A stretch of DNA of 54,893 nt, taken from Deltaproteobacteria bacterium. Lineage in GTDB: Bacteria > Desulfobacterota > Desulfobulbia > Desulfobulbales > Desulfobulbaceae. The stretch spans positions 1-54,893 of the forward strand of contig JAADIK010000153.1 of NCBI GenBank assembly GCA_013151365.1, written 5' to 3'. Positions 45,725-54,893 of the stretch are shown here, one piece after another; within the stretch, counting starts at the first letter, position 1, and each line of letters opens with the position of its first letter. Under the pieces are notes generated by a model, which had not been told where the DNA came from, searched no databases, and saw only the letters and a list, made by a program, of their open reading frames with translations. A program made the translations under genes and the position numbers.

Positions 45725-47194
45725 ATGATACGGAAGAAACTGAATTGCTGGGAGGTTATGAAATGCGGCCGGGGACCGGGCAAGTTACTGTCCGGCAAAA
45801 TGGAGGTCTGCCCGGTTGCCACTGAAAGGCGTCTTGACGGCAAACACGGCGGCAGGCAGGCCGGCAGGGCATGCTGGGTTGTGGCCGGTACATTCTGTGG
45901 CGGTAAAGTACAGGGGACCTTTGCCAAGAAATTTAACGCCTGCAAAACCTGTGTCTTTTATAAAAAGGTCCTGGAGGAGGAGGGCGATGACTTCCAAAAG
46001 CCTTTCGCCCTCTTGAAACGACTCAAGAAACCTGCCAGAATCGTTGATATATCTACAAAAAAGTTTGGCGTGCTCATCGGCGGCTCCGGCCTGATCGGCG
46101 GCGAGCTGATGCATTATTTCAAGACCGAGACCAAAAATGAAGTCGAGGTCCTGGCCCCGAACAGTAAACGCCTGAGCCTCAGGGAACCCGAGGATATCCG
46201 GCTCTATTTTCAAAGATACAAACCCGACTTCATCATTAATGCGGCCCTGGCCGCCATTGACAGTGACGCCCAGATTTCCTACGAGGTCAACTACCTGGGC
46301 AGCATCAACCTGGCCAAGGCCGCCATGGCCTTGAAAATCCCCTATATCCACTTCAGCTCGGCCGCCGTTCTGCCGATGGGCGAGAATCTGACGGAAGAGG
46401 ACCATGTGCCGCTGACGGCGGATCTCCCCTTTTATCCCCGGTCTAAACTGATGGCCGAAATGAGCCTGCGAAACCTGCAGGAGACCCGGGGACTTGATTG
46501 CACGATCATCAGGCTGGGCGTGGTTTACGGCAAGCATGATCATAAAATCCAAGGATTTCACCGGCTGCTGTTTTCCGTCGCCACCCAGGCCATGCCCTTC
46601 ATGATGACCAGACGGGGGGTGCTGCATTCCTATTCCAACACCAGGAAGATCCCGCCCTTTGTCCATTATATCTTAGAACATCGCGGGGAGTTTTCCGCTC
46701 AGACCTATAATTTCGTCGACAGGAATCCAATCGAGCTGAGCCAACTTATTTTTGCGGTAAAATCCTACCTGGAACTCAAGAGCCCCAGAGAGCTGTACCT
46801 ACCCTATCGCCTGACGAAATTCGGCAAGATCTGCCTGCTCTTTCTGCTCCGGAAGCTGGGCCGTATCGGTGTCGAGGTCCGGATGCCGGCGGAGTTGATG
46901 TTCTTGGAATATTTCTATAAAACCCAGATTCTATCGATCGAAAAACTGCAGAAATCAAGTTACGGGAACCGGCATTCGGAGCTGAGCGTCTATACCGAGT
47001 TGCCTGATATTATCGATTACTACTGCAAAAGATGGCAACACCTCAACCTCATCTCGCATGGCAAATCCGAGATATATGACGGAGCCCGGAAGGGCATTAC
47101 CGAATTTATCCAGAGTCCGCAAAACCTGATCAACGATATCCACCAAGGAAAGGCTGACTATTTCGCTGATTTCGATTCTCTCAACGACGAGTAA
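45725..47194 (+). CDS. two-CW domain fused to an NAD-dependent epimerase/dehydratase (SDR) domain
   Basis: The N-terminus reads NCWEVMKCGR...CPVA...GRACWVVAGTFCGG...CKTCVFY (two CW motifs, Cys-rich). A Rossmann motif GGSGLIGGEL follows, then an extended SDR body. Confidence 0.8.
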   Translation: MIRKKLNCWEVMKCGRGPGKLLSGKMEVCPVATERRLDGKHGGRQAGRACWVVAGTFCGGKVQGTFAKKFNACKTCVFYKKVLEEEGDDFQKPFALLKRLKKPARIVDISTKKFGVLIGGSGLIGGELMHYFKTETKNEVEVLAPNSKRLSLREPEDIRLYFQRYKPDFIINAALAAIDSDAQISYEVNYLGSINLAKAAMALKIPYIHFSSAAVLPMGENLTEEDHVPLTADLPFYPRSKLMAEMSLRNLQETRGLDCTIIRLGVVYGKHDHKIQGFHRLLFSVATQAMPFMMTRRGVLHSYSNTRKIPPFVHYILEHRGEFSAQTYNFVDRNPIELSQLIFAVKSYLELKSPRELYLPYRLTKFGKICLLFLLRKLGRIGVEVRMPAELMFLEYFYKTQILSIEKLQKSSYGNRHSELSVYTELPDIIDYYCKRWQHLNLISHGKSEIYDGARKGITEFIQSPQNLINDIHQGKADYFADFDSLNDE

Positions 47195-47297
47195 AAAAGT
47201 CGGGCGGGGGAAAGCAGGAGCGTACTTCCTGCCGGCGCGGCGTCGGCAGCAGGGTGCCTGATTGAACAGGCATACGGCCAGGAAAAAAATTATTGCG

Positions 47298-48476
47298 TTA
47301 TGGCTTTTGTTTACTTTGCCGCACCAGGACGACAATGGCACCGGCGGCAAGAGCGGCACTCAGGATAAAGGCGGTTGCGGCCCCCCATAGCTCCCAGACC
47401 ACGCCGAACAGAAAGGCGCCGGGCAGGGCGGCCAGGCCTATGGTCATGTGATACAGGCCATAGGCCGTGGCCCGCTCATCACGGCGGGCCAGATCGCCGA
47501 TCAGGGCGCGTTCCGCGCCTTCAGTCGAGGCCAGAGCCGCCGCATAGCCCAGGAAGAGTATCCACACCAGGTCGGCACTGTGGTGGAGGCTGGTATAAGC
47601 CAGGGCCAGCAGCAGGACAATGCGCAGAGACCAGCCGACCAGCAGGGCCGGTACGCGGCCGAAATGATCAGAGAGGCTGCCGGCCGGTGCGGCAAGCAGG
47701 GCCTTGACCGCACTGGCCGCCGCCCAGATTAGCGGTACCCAGGCAATCCGCAGCCCCTGGTCTGCGGCCCAGAGAACCAGGAAGGCCTCCGGGGCGCTGG
47801 CCAGGGCGAGACAGCCGGTGGCCAGGATCAGGCCGCGCAAACGGGAATCAAGAGCAGACCAGCGCAGGGGCGGCAGGGAAGGAAGCCGGCCGGCCGGGGG
47901 CCTGACCTCCGCCCCTTGCAGGCCGAAAAATAAAAGCATGACGGCCAGGAGACCGGGGATCAGGGACCAGAGAAAAACATGGCCCATGGGCAGGCCGTGC
48001 TTAAGTAAAAGATAGGCGCAAAGCGAGCCGAACATGGCCCCGGCATTATCCAGGGCACGATGAAAGCCAAAGGCCCGGCCACAGCGGGCGCCGTCGACCG
48101 AGCCGGCGATAAGTGCGTCCCGCGGCGAAGTACGAAGCCCCTTGCCCGCCCGGTCGAGAAACCGCAGCAGCAGAACCCAGGGCCAGCCCAGGGCCAGGCC
48201 GATCAGGGGGCGGGCGGTATTGGACATTCCGTACCCGCCCAGCACCAGCCGCTTATGATTCCAGCCCCGGTCCGCCATGTATCCGGAAAAGAGCTTGAGC
48301 AGACTGGCCGTGGCCTCGGCCGTGCCTTCCACCAGCCCCACCACGGCCGGCCCGGCGCCAAGGGCGGCTGTTAAAAACAGGGGCAACAGCGGAGTTATCA
48401 TCTCACTGGACGTATCATTGAGAAAGGAAACAAGGCCAAGAACCAGGACAGTGCGCGGCAGAAAGGAGGTCTTCAT
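47298..48476 (-). CDS. MFS transporter
   Basis: 12-TM-like hydrophobic profile of 392 aa with an N-terminal LVSFLNDTSSEM motif. Confidence 0.8.
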   Translation of the reverse strand: MKTSFLPRTVLVLGLVSFLNDTSSEMITPLLPLFLTAALGAGPAVVGLVEGTAEATASLLKLFSGYMADRGWNHKRLVLGGYGMSNTARPLIGLALGWPWVLLLRFLDRAGKGLRTSPRDALIAGSVDGARCGRAFGFHRALDNAGAMFGSLCAYLLLKHGLPMGHVFLWSLIPGLLAVMLLFFGLQGAEVRPPAGRLPSLPPLRWSALDSRLRGLILATGCLALASAPEAFLVLWAADQGLRIAWVPLIWAAASAVKALLAAPAGSLSDHFGRVPALLVGWSLRIVLLLALAYTSLHHSADLVWILFLGYAAALASTEGAERALIGDLARRDERATAYGLYHMTIGLAALPGAFLFGVVWELWGAATAFILSAALAAGAIVVLVRQSKQKP

Positions 48477-48628
48477 CAGCTTGTCCTGATCAGGACCGGC
48501 ATGAATTCAATGGTGGGCACGTTGCGCCAGGGTGACTTCTTCTCCGGTTTTCCCCCATTTGACCCTCCGAACGGCCTCATCCAAAAAAACCCTCGCAATC
48601 AATGGAGATTACGAGGGTCGTATCGATA

Positions 48629-48705
48629 TGGTGGCGATGCAGGGAATTGAACCCCGGACACTACGGATATGAGCCGTATGCTCTAACCATCTGAGCTACA
48701 TCGCC
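48629..48705 (-). tRNA. tRNA-Met (CAT); elongator Met versus lysidine-Ile not distinguishable
   Basis: Reverse complement GGCGATGTAGCTCAGATGGTTAGAGCATACGGCTCATATCCGTAGTGTCCGGGGTTCAATTCCCTGCATCGCCACCA. Position 1:72 is paired, so this is not an initiator. Confidence 0.9.
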
Positions 48706-48827
48706 ATATATTTTAAAAGGCTCCCTTGAACCGTGCTACTTTTCAAGATTTTTCGTTTTTTGTCAACAATAAAAAAAGTAATTGATCACAGGGTTTGTAA
48801 CTGTTCGCTTTCACATACCTCAGAACT

Positions 48828-48935
48828 GTAAGGTGGCACAGGTGCCCTAGATTCATGTAGTTTTTCCTGCACGCTATAGCCCCTCTATGCGGGCAGGAAA
48901 AACCGCGTGAAGATGGGGTGCCTGTGACGGCTTAC
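48828..48935. repeat. family-2 palindromic element, copy Y (108 nt)
   Basis: Runs from GTAAGGTGGCACAGG to CCTGTGACGGCTTAC, with a 10-bp inner stem TTTTTCCTGC/GCAGGAAAAA. It shares the 13-mer GAAGATGGGGTGC with copy X. Confidence 0.55.
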
Positions 48936-48936
48936 G

Positions 48937-48982
48937 AAAAAAAAGAGTCCTTTCCCCGCATTGATCGCGAGAAAAGGACTCT
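48937..48982 (-). terminator. rho-independent terminator of groEL
   Basis: On the minus strand, a 10-bp stem AGAGTCCTTT/AAAGGACTCT is followed by TTTTTTT. Confidence 0.7.
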
Positions 48983-49011
48983 CTGTTCTGCGCTTGGGTC
49001 GAAGGGACAGG

Positions 49012-50676
<1,665 letters not shown>

Positions 50677-50717
50677 TTAACTCCTTTCCTTCTCTATGAT
50701 TTTAGTTTTCAACGATT

Positions 50718-51008
50718 TTAGTTTTCAACTATGCCAAGAACATCATCCTCACGCATAATGAGGTAGTCTTCGCCATCAATCTTAACGTCGGTGCCGCCAT
50801 ACTTGGAGAACAAGACACCGTCGCCCACCTTGACATCCATGGCGATCCGGTCACCCTTATCATTCATTTTGCCGGGACCTACGGCGATAACCTTTCCCTC
50901 GGCCGGCTTCTCTTTGGCTGAATCCGGAATGATGATCCCGCCTGCGGTTTTTTCCTCTTCCTCCAGTCTTTTGACCAGAATACGGTCATTCAGCGGACGA
51001 ATCTTCAT
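50718..51008 (-). CDS. groES: co-chaperonin GroES
   Basis: [14 protein letters not shown]...GGIIIPD. I use ATG 51008, with an AGGAGG RBS 7 nt upstream. The ORF-track start at 51014 is a TTG. Confidence 0.95.
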   Translation of the reverse strand: MKIRPLNDRILVKRLEEEEKTAGGIIIPDSAKEKPAEGKVIAVGPGKMNDKGDRIAMDVKVGDGVLFSKYGGTDVKIDGEDYLIMREDDVLGIVEN

Positions 51009-51141
51009 GGACAATCCTCCTCATGTAATAAGTTGATTAATTGGTTTGACTTGAACTGAAAAGAAGTTTTTTGTCCGGCGGCCAGCTCAACACCGCTTCA
51101 ATCTGACAAAAAACGCAGTTTTTATCATCAAACTGGGCAAT

Positions 51142-51169
51142 ATAATAGTGATGGTTTTCGAAAAATCAA
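51142..51169 (-). promoter_or_regulatory. candidate sigma-70-type promoter of groES-groEL
   Basis: On the minus strand, TTGATT-N16-TATTAT lies about 130 nt upstream of the groES ATG. No CIRCE inverted repeat was found. Confidence 0.3.
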
Positions 51170-51254
51170 GGGAGAGGGGAGAAAAAAACACATATCTCTT
51201 AATTTATTGAAATTAATAATCTATTTGACTAACGATTTACTCAGGAACAAGTTC

Positions 51255-51334
51255 AGGAATCGGCACCCGGCTTCGGGTTGAATTACGCGATTCATGATCG
51301 ACGAAAGACCGCCCGAAGCCGTCACGGATTCAGG
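51255..51334. repeat. family-1-derived mini-hairpin M (two inverted termini, about 80 nt)
   Basis: The right arm CCCGAAGCCGTCACGGATTCAGG is a family-1 terminus. The left arm CAGGAATCGGCACCCGGCTTCGGG is its degenerate inverted copy. Confidence 0.55.
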
Positions 51335-51382
51335 GTGAAAGTATTCCCGGGCAACCCCAAGGGGCAACTTGAGCCCGGCCGG

Positions 51383-52468
51383 TTAGCCGACGCGAACCAG
51401 CCACTTGTGAACGTCTTCCTGCCGGCCCCGCTGAATATCCTGCAGATTATCATACAGCCGCCTGGAGAGATCGCCGACCCGGCCGCCATTGATGATGATG
51501 GTCCGGTCTTGGTAGCAGAGCTCGCCCACCGGGGAGATGACGGCAGCCGTACCCGAACCGAAAGCCTCCCGCAGCGAGCCGTCCTCCTGGGCGGCGATGA
51601 CTTCATCGATGGAAATCCGCCGTTCCTGTGTTTTTATGCCCAGGTCGCGGGCCAGCTGCAAAATGGAGTCCCGGGTAATACCGGGCAGGATGCTGCCTGA
51701 CAGCTTCGGGGTGATCAATTGGTCACCGATAACAAAAAAGATGTTGGACGTCCCGACCTCTTCAATATATTTCCGGTCAATGGCATCGAGCCACAGCACC
51801 TGGCTGTACCCTTTTTTGTTCGCCTCGGTCATGGCCTTCAGGCTGGCGGCATAGTTGCCGGCGGTCTTGGCCGCGCCCACCCCGCCCGGAGCGGCCCTGA
51901 CATAGGTGTCCTCCACGTAAATCCGCACCGGGTTGAACCCTTCCGCGTAGTAGGCCCCGACCGGACTCTTGATAATGAAGAAAATATATTCCTCCGAGGA
52001 CCTGAGGCCGATGACCGGCTCGGTGGCGATCATGGTCGGACGCAGATACAGGGTCGCGCCGTCGTTATACGGCACCCAGTCCCGGTCCAGGTAAATAAGC
52101 GCTTTCAGTGCCTTCAACACCGCGTTGACCGGAATGCGGGGCATGCACAGGCGCAGGGCCGAGCTGTTCATCCGTTCCAGGTTGTCCGTGGGCCGGAAGA
52201 GCAGGATCTGGCCGCTACTGTCCCGATAGGCCTTCATCCCCTCGAAAATGGCCTGGCCATAATGAAAAACCATGGCCGCCGGGTCAAGGGAAAAATTCTG
52301 ATAGGGGGTGATCTCGGCATTGTGCCAACCCTGTTGCCGGTTCCAACGCATCACGAACATATGATCCGTGAAGTAGATGCCAAAGCCGAGCTTGTTTGGA
52401 TCCGGCTTTGCCTTGAGCTGATTTTTGTCTGCCTTGCGCAGGGTAACTTCGAGATCCTTGTTTAACAT
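51383..52468 (-). CDS. ilvE: branched-chain amino acid aminotransferase
   Basis: 361 aa, class IV aminotransferase. Recognised blocks are FTDHMF, HYGQAIFEGMKAYR and GAAKTAGNYAASL. Confidence 0.9.
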   Translation of the reverse strand: MLNKDLEVTLRKADKNQLKAKPDPNKLGFGIYFTDHMFVMRWNRQQGWHNAEITPYQNFSLDPAAMVFHYGQAIFEGMKAYRDSSGQILLFRPTDNLERMNSSALRLCMPRIPVNAVLKALKALIYLDRDWVPYNDGATLYLRPTMIATEPVIGLRSSEEYIFFIIKSPVGAYYAEGFNPVRIYVEDTYVRAAPGGVGAAKTAGNYAASLKAMTEANKKGYSQVLWLDAIDRKYIEEVGTSNIFFVIGDQLITPKLSGSILPGITRDSILQLARDLGIKTQERRISIDEVIAAQEDGSLREAFGSGTAAVISPVGELCYQDRTIIINGGRVGDLSRRLYDNLQDIQRGRQEDVHKWLVRVG

Positions 52469-52560
52469 CTTTTTTTATCCTGTTCTGTAAAGCGATTTTC
52501 TTTTTCAGCCAGAGAGAGTACAATAAATCCAGCGCTCATCCAGAAACGGCCTTCTTGCCC

Positions 52561-52675
52561 GATCTCGGCGTTATCGGGCGGCGCGGGGAAGGCCGCAAAA
52601 TGAGTTTATTTGCCGATAATGCAATAAATTCCATATATTGAGCAGGGCGCCACCTCAAGCCGTCACGGATTCAGC
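52561..52675 (-). repeat. family-1 element, truncated copy J (AT-rich half plus terminus, lacks 12-nt hairpin)
   Basis: Runs from GGCGTTATCGGGCGGCGCGG to CCTCAAGCCGTCACGGATTCAGC. It ends 32 nt before ATG 52708. Confidence 0.75.
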
Positions 52676-52707
52676 ATGATTCATGTCGTTGCCGGACACA
52701 AAAACTG

Positions 52708-53847
52708 ATGCAGCATACCAAGCAGGTTAAACAGGCTCAAGACCATCCTTCACCTGGCCGGCTGCCGGGTTCGCCTCGAGAAAAGCGGCCGCTCAATTCG
52801 GTTCAGGTCAGGTATTTCCTCCTGATTTTTTTCGCCGCCATCGTGCTGCTCGGCCTGGTTTTGTCGCCGTTCTGGCAGCTCCTGATCCTGGCCTTTCTCC
52901 TGGCGGGAATTTTCCGGCCTCTCTATTCCTGGCTCAGCCGCTGGATTTCGTCATGGACGGCGTCCATGTTGACCTGCACCCTGATCGTGGTAATCGTCTT
53001 TGTGCCGATGACCTTCTGTATCGGCGTCCTGTCATCGGAGGCGCTTAACCTGTATTCTCTGGGCAGGGACAGCAACCTGCTACTCAAACTGCATCATTTT
53101 ATCCAGAATAATACATTGGTGGGAGAGGCACAAGGGGTACTCGCCGGCTTCGGCATAAATTTCGACCCGGCGGATATAACCCGGATGCTATCGAACCTGG
53201 CCGGCAAAATCGGACTCTTTGTCTACAACCAGGCCTCGATCTGGGCCGCCCATATTATGAGCTTTGCCCTGCAGTTCTGTATCCTCATCCTGGTGGTATT
53301 TTTCCTTCTCATTGAAATGGAGCGCTTCCTCCGGTTTCTGATGAAGCTCTCGCCACTGCCCAATGATCAGGATGAACTGCTGCTGCACAAGTTCATGGAA
53401 ATTGCCGGGGTCATCCTGGTCGGCAACGGTATCAGCGGGGTCTTCCAGGGAACAATGGGCGGAGCCCTTTTTGCCGTGCTGGGACTCAAGTCACCGGTTC
53501 TCTGGGGCTCGGTCATGGCGATCCTGGCCTTTCTGCCCATCTTCGGCATCGGCCTGGTGCTGCTTCCCACGGCGGCCGTCCTGATGCTGTACGGTCATAC
53601 CGGCCAGGCCATAATCACGGTCGTTTTTTACCTGATTCTGTCGTTATCGGTGGAGTACCTGCTTAAACCAAAATTTGTGGGCAGTCATATCAAGATGCAT
53701 ACCCTGCTGGTTTTCCTGGCCATTATCGGCGGCATGAGCGTGTTCGGGATATGGGGGATCATCTATGGTCCTCTTATCGTCACGGCCTTCCTGGCCTTGT
53801 CCGACATGTATCTGAACGAGTATCGGCCATATCTGGATAAGACCTGA
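52708..53847 (+). CDS. AI-2E family transporter (PerM-like permease)
   Basis: Multi-TM protein of 379 aa with AI-2E-like conserved blocks. Its stop codon TGA is the first TGA of repeat copy K. Confidence 0.85.
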   Translation: MQHTKQVKQAQDHPSPGRLPGSPREKRPLNSVQVRYFLLIFFAAIVLLGLVLSPFWQLLILAFLLAGIFRPLYSWLSRWISSWTASMLTCTLIVVIVFVPMTFCIGVLSSEALNLYSLGRDSNLLLKLHHFIQNNTLVGEAQGVLAGFGINFDPADITRMLSNLAGKIGLFVYNQASIWAAHIMSFALQFCILILVVFFLLIEMERFLRFLMKLSPLPNDQDELLLHKFMEIAGVILVGNGISGVFQGTMGGALFAVLGLKSPVLWGSVMAILAFLPIFGIGLVLLPTAAVLMLYGHTGQAIITVVFYLILSLSVEYLLKPKFVGSHIKMHTLLVFLAIIGGMSVFGIWGIIYGPLIVTAFLALSDMYLNEYRPYLDKT

Positions 53848-53917
53848 ATCCGTGGCGGCGCGAGGTGGCATTCCACGAACAGATTGCAATTTATTGTATT
53901 ATTGTCGGCCGAACGCC
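53843..53917 (+). repeat. family-1 element, truncated copy K (left terminus plus part of the AT half)
   Basis: CCTGAATCCGTGGCGGCGCGAGGTGG...TTTATTGTATTATTGTCG. Confidence 0.7.
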
Positions 53918-53948
53918 TAAAAAGACGTGACCGGACAAGCCGGGGCCG

Positions 53949-54650
53949 TTACGGGTCCGAAAGATAGGAGGTGAATAAATGGCGGATTTCGTCCAAATGA
54001 TCTTCGATGATAAACGGCATAAGGTGGGTAATCATATCCAGTAAAATAACGGCATTGACCGAGGAATCGGTTTGAGTTGCACTCCTGACGCGTTCCGCGA
54101 CCTTCTTATTTATCAAATGCAGATTGGCATAAATCTTTTTCAGCCCGTCGAGTTCCAGATCATTTTTTTTCCCTGCTTTGCGCAAAAAATACTGGGCCAG
54201 GAAATACATGCCGGCCGCCCTGAAAATAGTGTCTTCTTTTGACGCCAACGGCAGGTGGAAACGGGCCATCGGCTTCAGGTAGGCGGTATGGGGACAGCCG
54301 CTCGCGGCAAAGAGAAGGCCGAGCAACGAGCTAATGCCTCTTTGCACGGTCGTGTGCTGGGACACATGTCTTTCGTCCGTGATCACCTCCAGGTCAACTT
54401 TATCATGGGAAAAGACATGATCGAATCGGCCGATGACAAGAGCCAGGTTCACGGCAACCGGGCAGTCAGGATATTCCTTGCCGTCAAGAGGACAATGCTG
54501 GCATTGATGAAACTCGAGCCTGGTCCAGGACGGCAGATTCCGGCAGGGTACATTGATCACCTCGAGACTGCGGGCGTCGAGTTGCAGATCAAAGACCTCA
54601 TGCCGCTCCTGGCCGAGGTTGAAACAGTAGCGAATTTTTATTTCGTCCAT
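53949..54650 (-). CDS. conserved hypothetical Cys/His-rich protein
   Basis: 233-aa ORF with good coding appearance. It carries a CRNLPSW...HQCQHCPLDGKEYPDCP cluster (possible metal site). No family recognised. Confidence 0.55.
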   Translation of the reverse strand: MDEIKIRYCFNLGQERHEVFDLQLDARSLEVINVPCRNLPSWTRLEFHQCQHCPLDGKEYPDCPVAVNLALVIGRFDHVFSHDKVDLEVITDERHVSQHTTVQRGISSLLGLLFAASGCPHTAYLKPMARFHLPLASKEDTIFRAAGMYFLAQYFLRKAGKKNDLELDGLKKIYANLHLINKKVAERVRSATQTDSSVNAVILLDMITHLMPFIIEDHLDEIRHLFTSYLSDP

Positions 54651-54683
54651 ATCAGGCCTATATTACTCATGTCAACCAAATCT

Positions 54684-54893
54684 ACTGAATCCGTGACGGC
54701 TTGAGGTGTTATTCACGCAATATGCGGAATTCATTGTATTATTGACAAATAAGCGCATTCCCTGGCTTTCACCGCGCCGCCCTGCGGGGCGCCCGATAAC
54801 GACACATCTGCTGCGTTGGCAACTCGTTGATATCACACCAGGATAATCAACCTCGTTGCCGCCTTGCATCTGCACCGTTCTCGAACGCTCACG
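54684..54893 (+). repeat. family-1 element, copy L (cut by the window end)
   Basis: Begins ACTGAATCCGTGACGGCTTGAGG and runs to GAACGCTCACG at the window edge. By eye its GC half differs from copy B at only 2 positions. Confidence 0.9.

Noticed and set aside
48921-48935. A 10-mer GTGACGGCTT shared between the family-2 copy Y arm and the family-1 left terminus, as evidence that the two families are related.
   Set aside because: A 10-mer match between a 220-nt element and 110 kb of two-strand sequence is expected by chance many times. The orientation relative to the element ends is also opposite.
51140-51175. A sigma-32 promoter for groESL (CCCTTGAT ... CCATCACT).
   Set aside because: The -35-like box is good, but the spacing to a CCCCAT-like -10 is 8-10 nt rather than about 13-15 nt. 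A sigma-70-like reading fits better. Neither is verified.
54672-54875. Small ORFs with similar peptides inside family-1 elements. Examples are 54672..54875, 27952..28176 and 33758..34039 on the minus strand (MQGGNDVDYPGVISTSCQRS...), and 10681..10908 and 28022..28231 on the plus strand.
   Set aside because: The peptide similarity simply mirrors nucleotide identity. Copies differ by indels that are not multiples of three (29 nt in copy A, +2 nt in copy C). Starts and stops are not conserved, and no RBS is evident. I treat the element as non-coding.

Overview
This is a 55-kb chromosomal segment from a Gram-negative bacterium. Gene content and style look Desulfobacterota/deltaproteobacteria-like, but that is inference only. 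I support about 46 protein genes. Housekeeping genes are hisA, a standalone EF-G, ispH, serS, ddl, tatC, ftsB, rpsU, xerD, groES/groEL, ilvE, cfa, an RRM protein and a 33-aa Thx-like ribosomal protein absent from the ORF track. Envelope and exopolysaccharide genes include a GT2, a Wza-like exporter plus outer-membrane barrel, an omptin, and two FN3/PKD secreted proteins. There is an EmrAB-type efflux pair and two c-di-GMP-related genes (a GAF-HD-GYP protein and an MshEN-domain protein). An accessory five-gene operon runs AsnB, carrier protein, AMP-ligase, HemK-like methyltransferase, PP-loop amidotransferase. There are four tRNAs (Phe, Asn, Pro, Met-CAT). I saw no rRNA, CRISPR array, transposase or phage genes. 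The most unusual signal is non-coding. A roughly 220-bp element bounded by 13-bp terminal inverted repeats (CCTGAATCCGTGA) occurs 13 times: 6 full or near-full copies and 7 truncated or derived ones, about 2 kb in total. All copies are intergenic, and most lie just upstream of start codons or overlap stop codons. Its GC-rich half is nearly invariant, its AT-rich half is variable, and its indels remove predicted hairpins precisely. A second family of about 108-nt GTAA...TTAC palindromes (2 copies) and a 178-nt palindrome with 18-nt inverted ends are also present. Other oddities are an ABC exporter whose nucleotide-binding domain carries a roughly 270-residue insertion with a triplicated SLRDN segment, a 10-bp tandem duplication that frameshifts a secreted-protein gene, xerD without a canonical start codon, and a two-CW domain fused to an SDR epimerase. 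All family assignments come from motif recognition by eye. No database searches were run.
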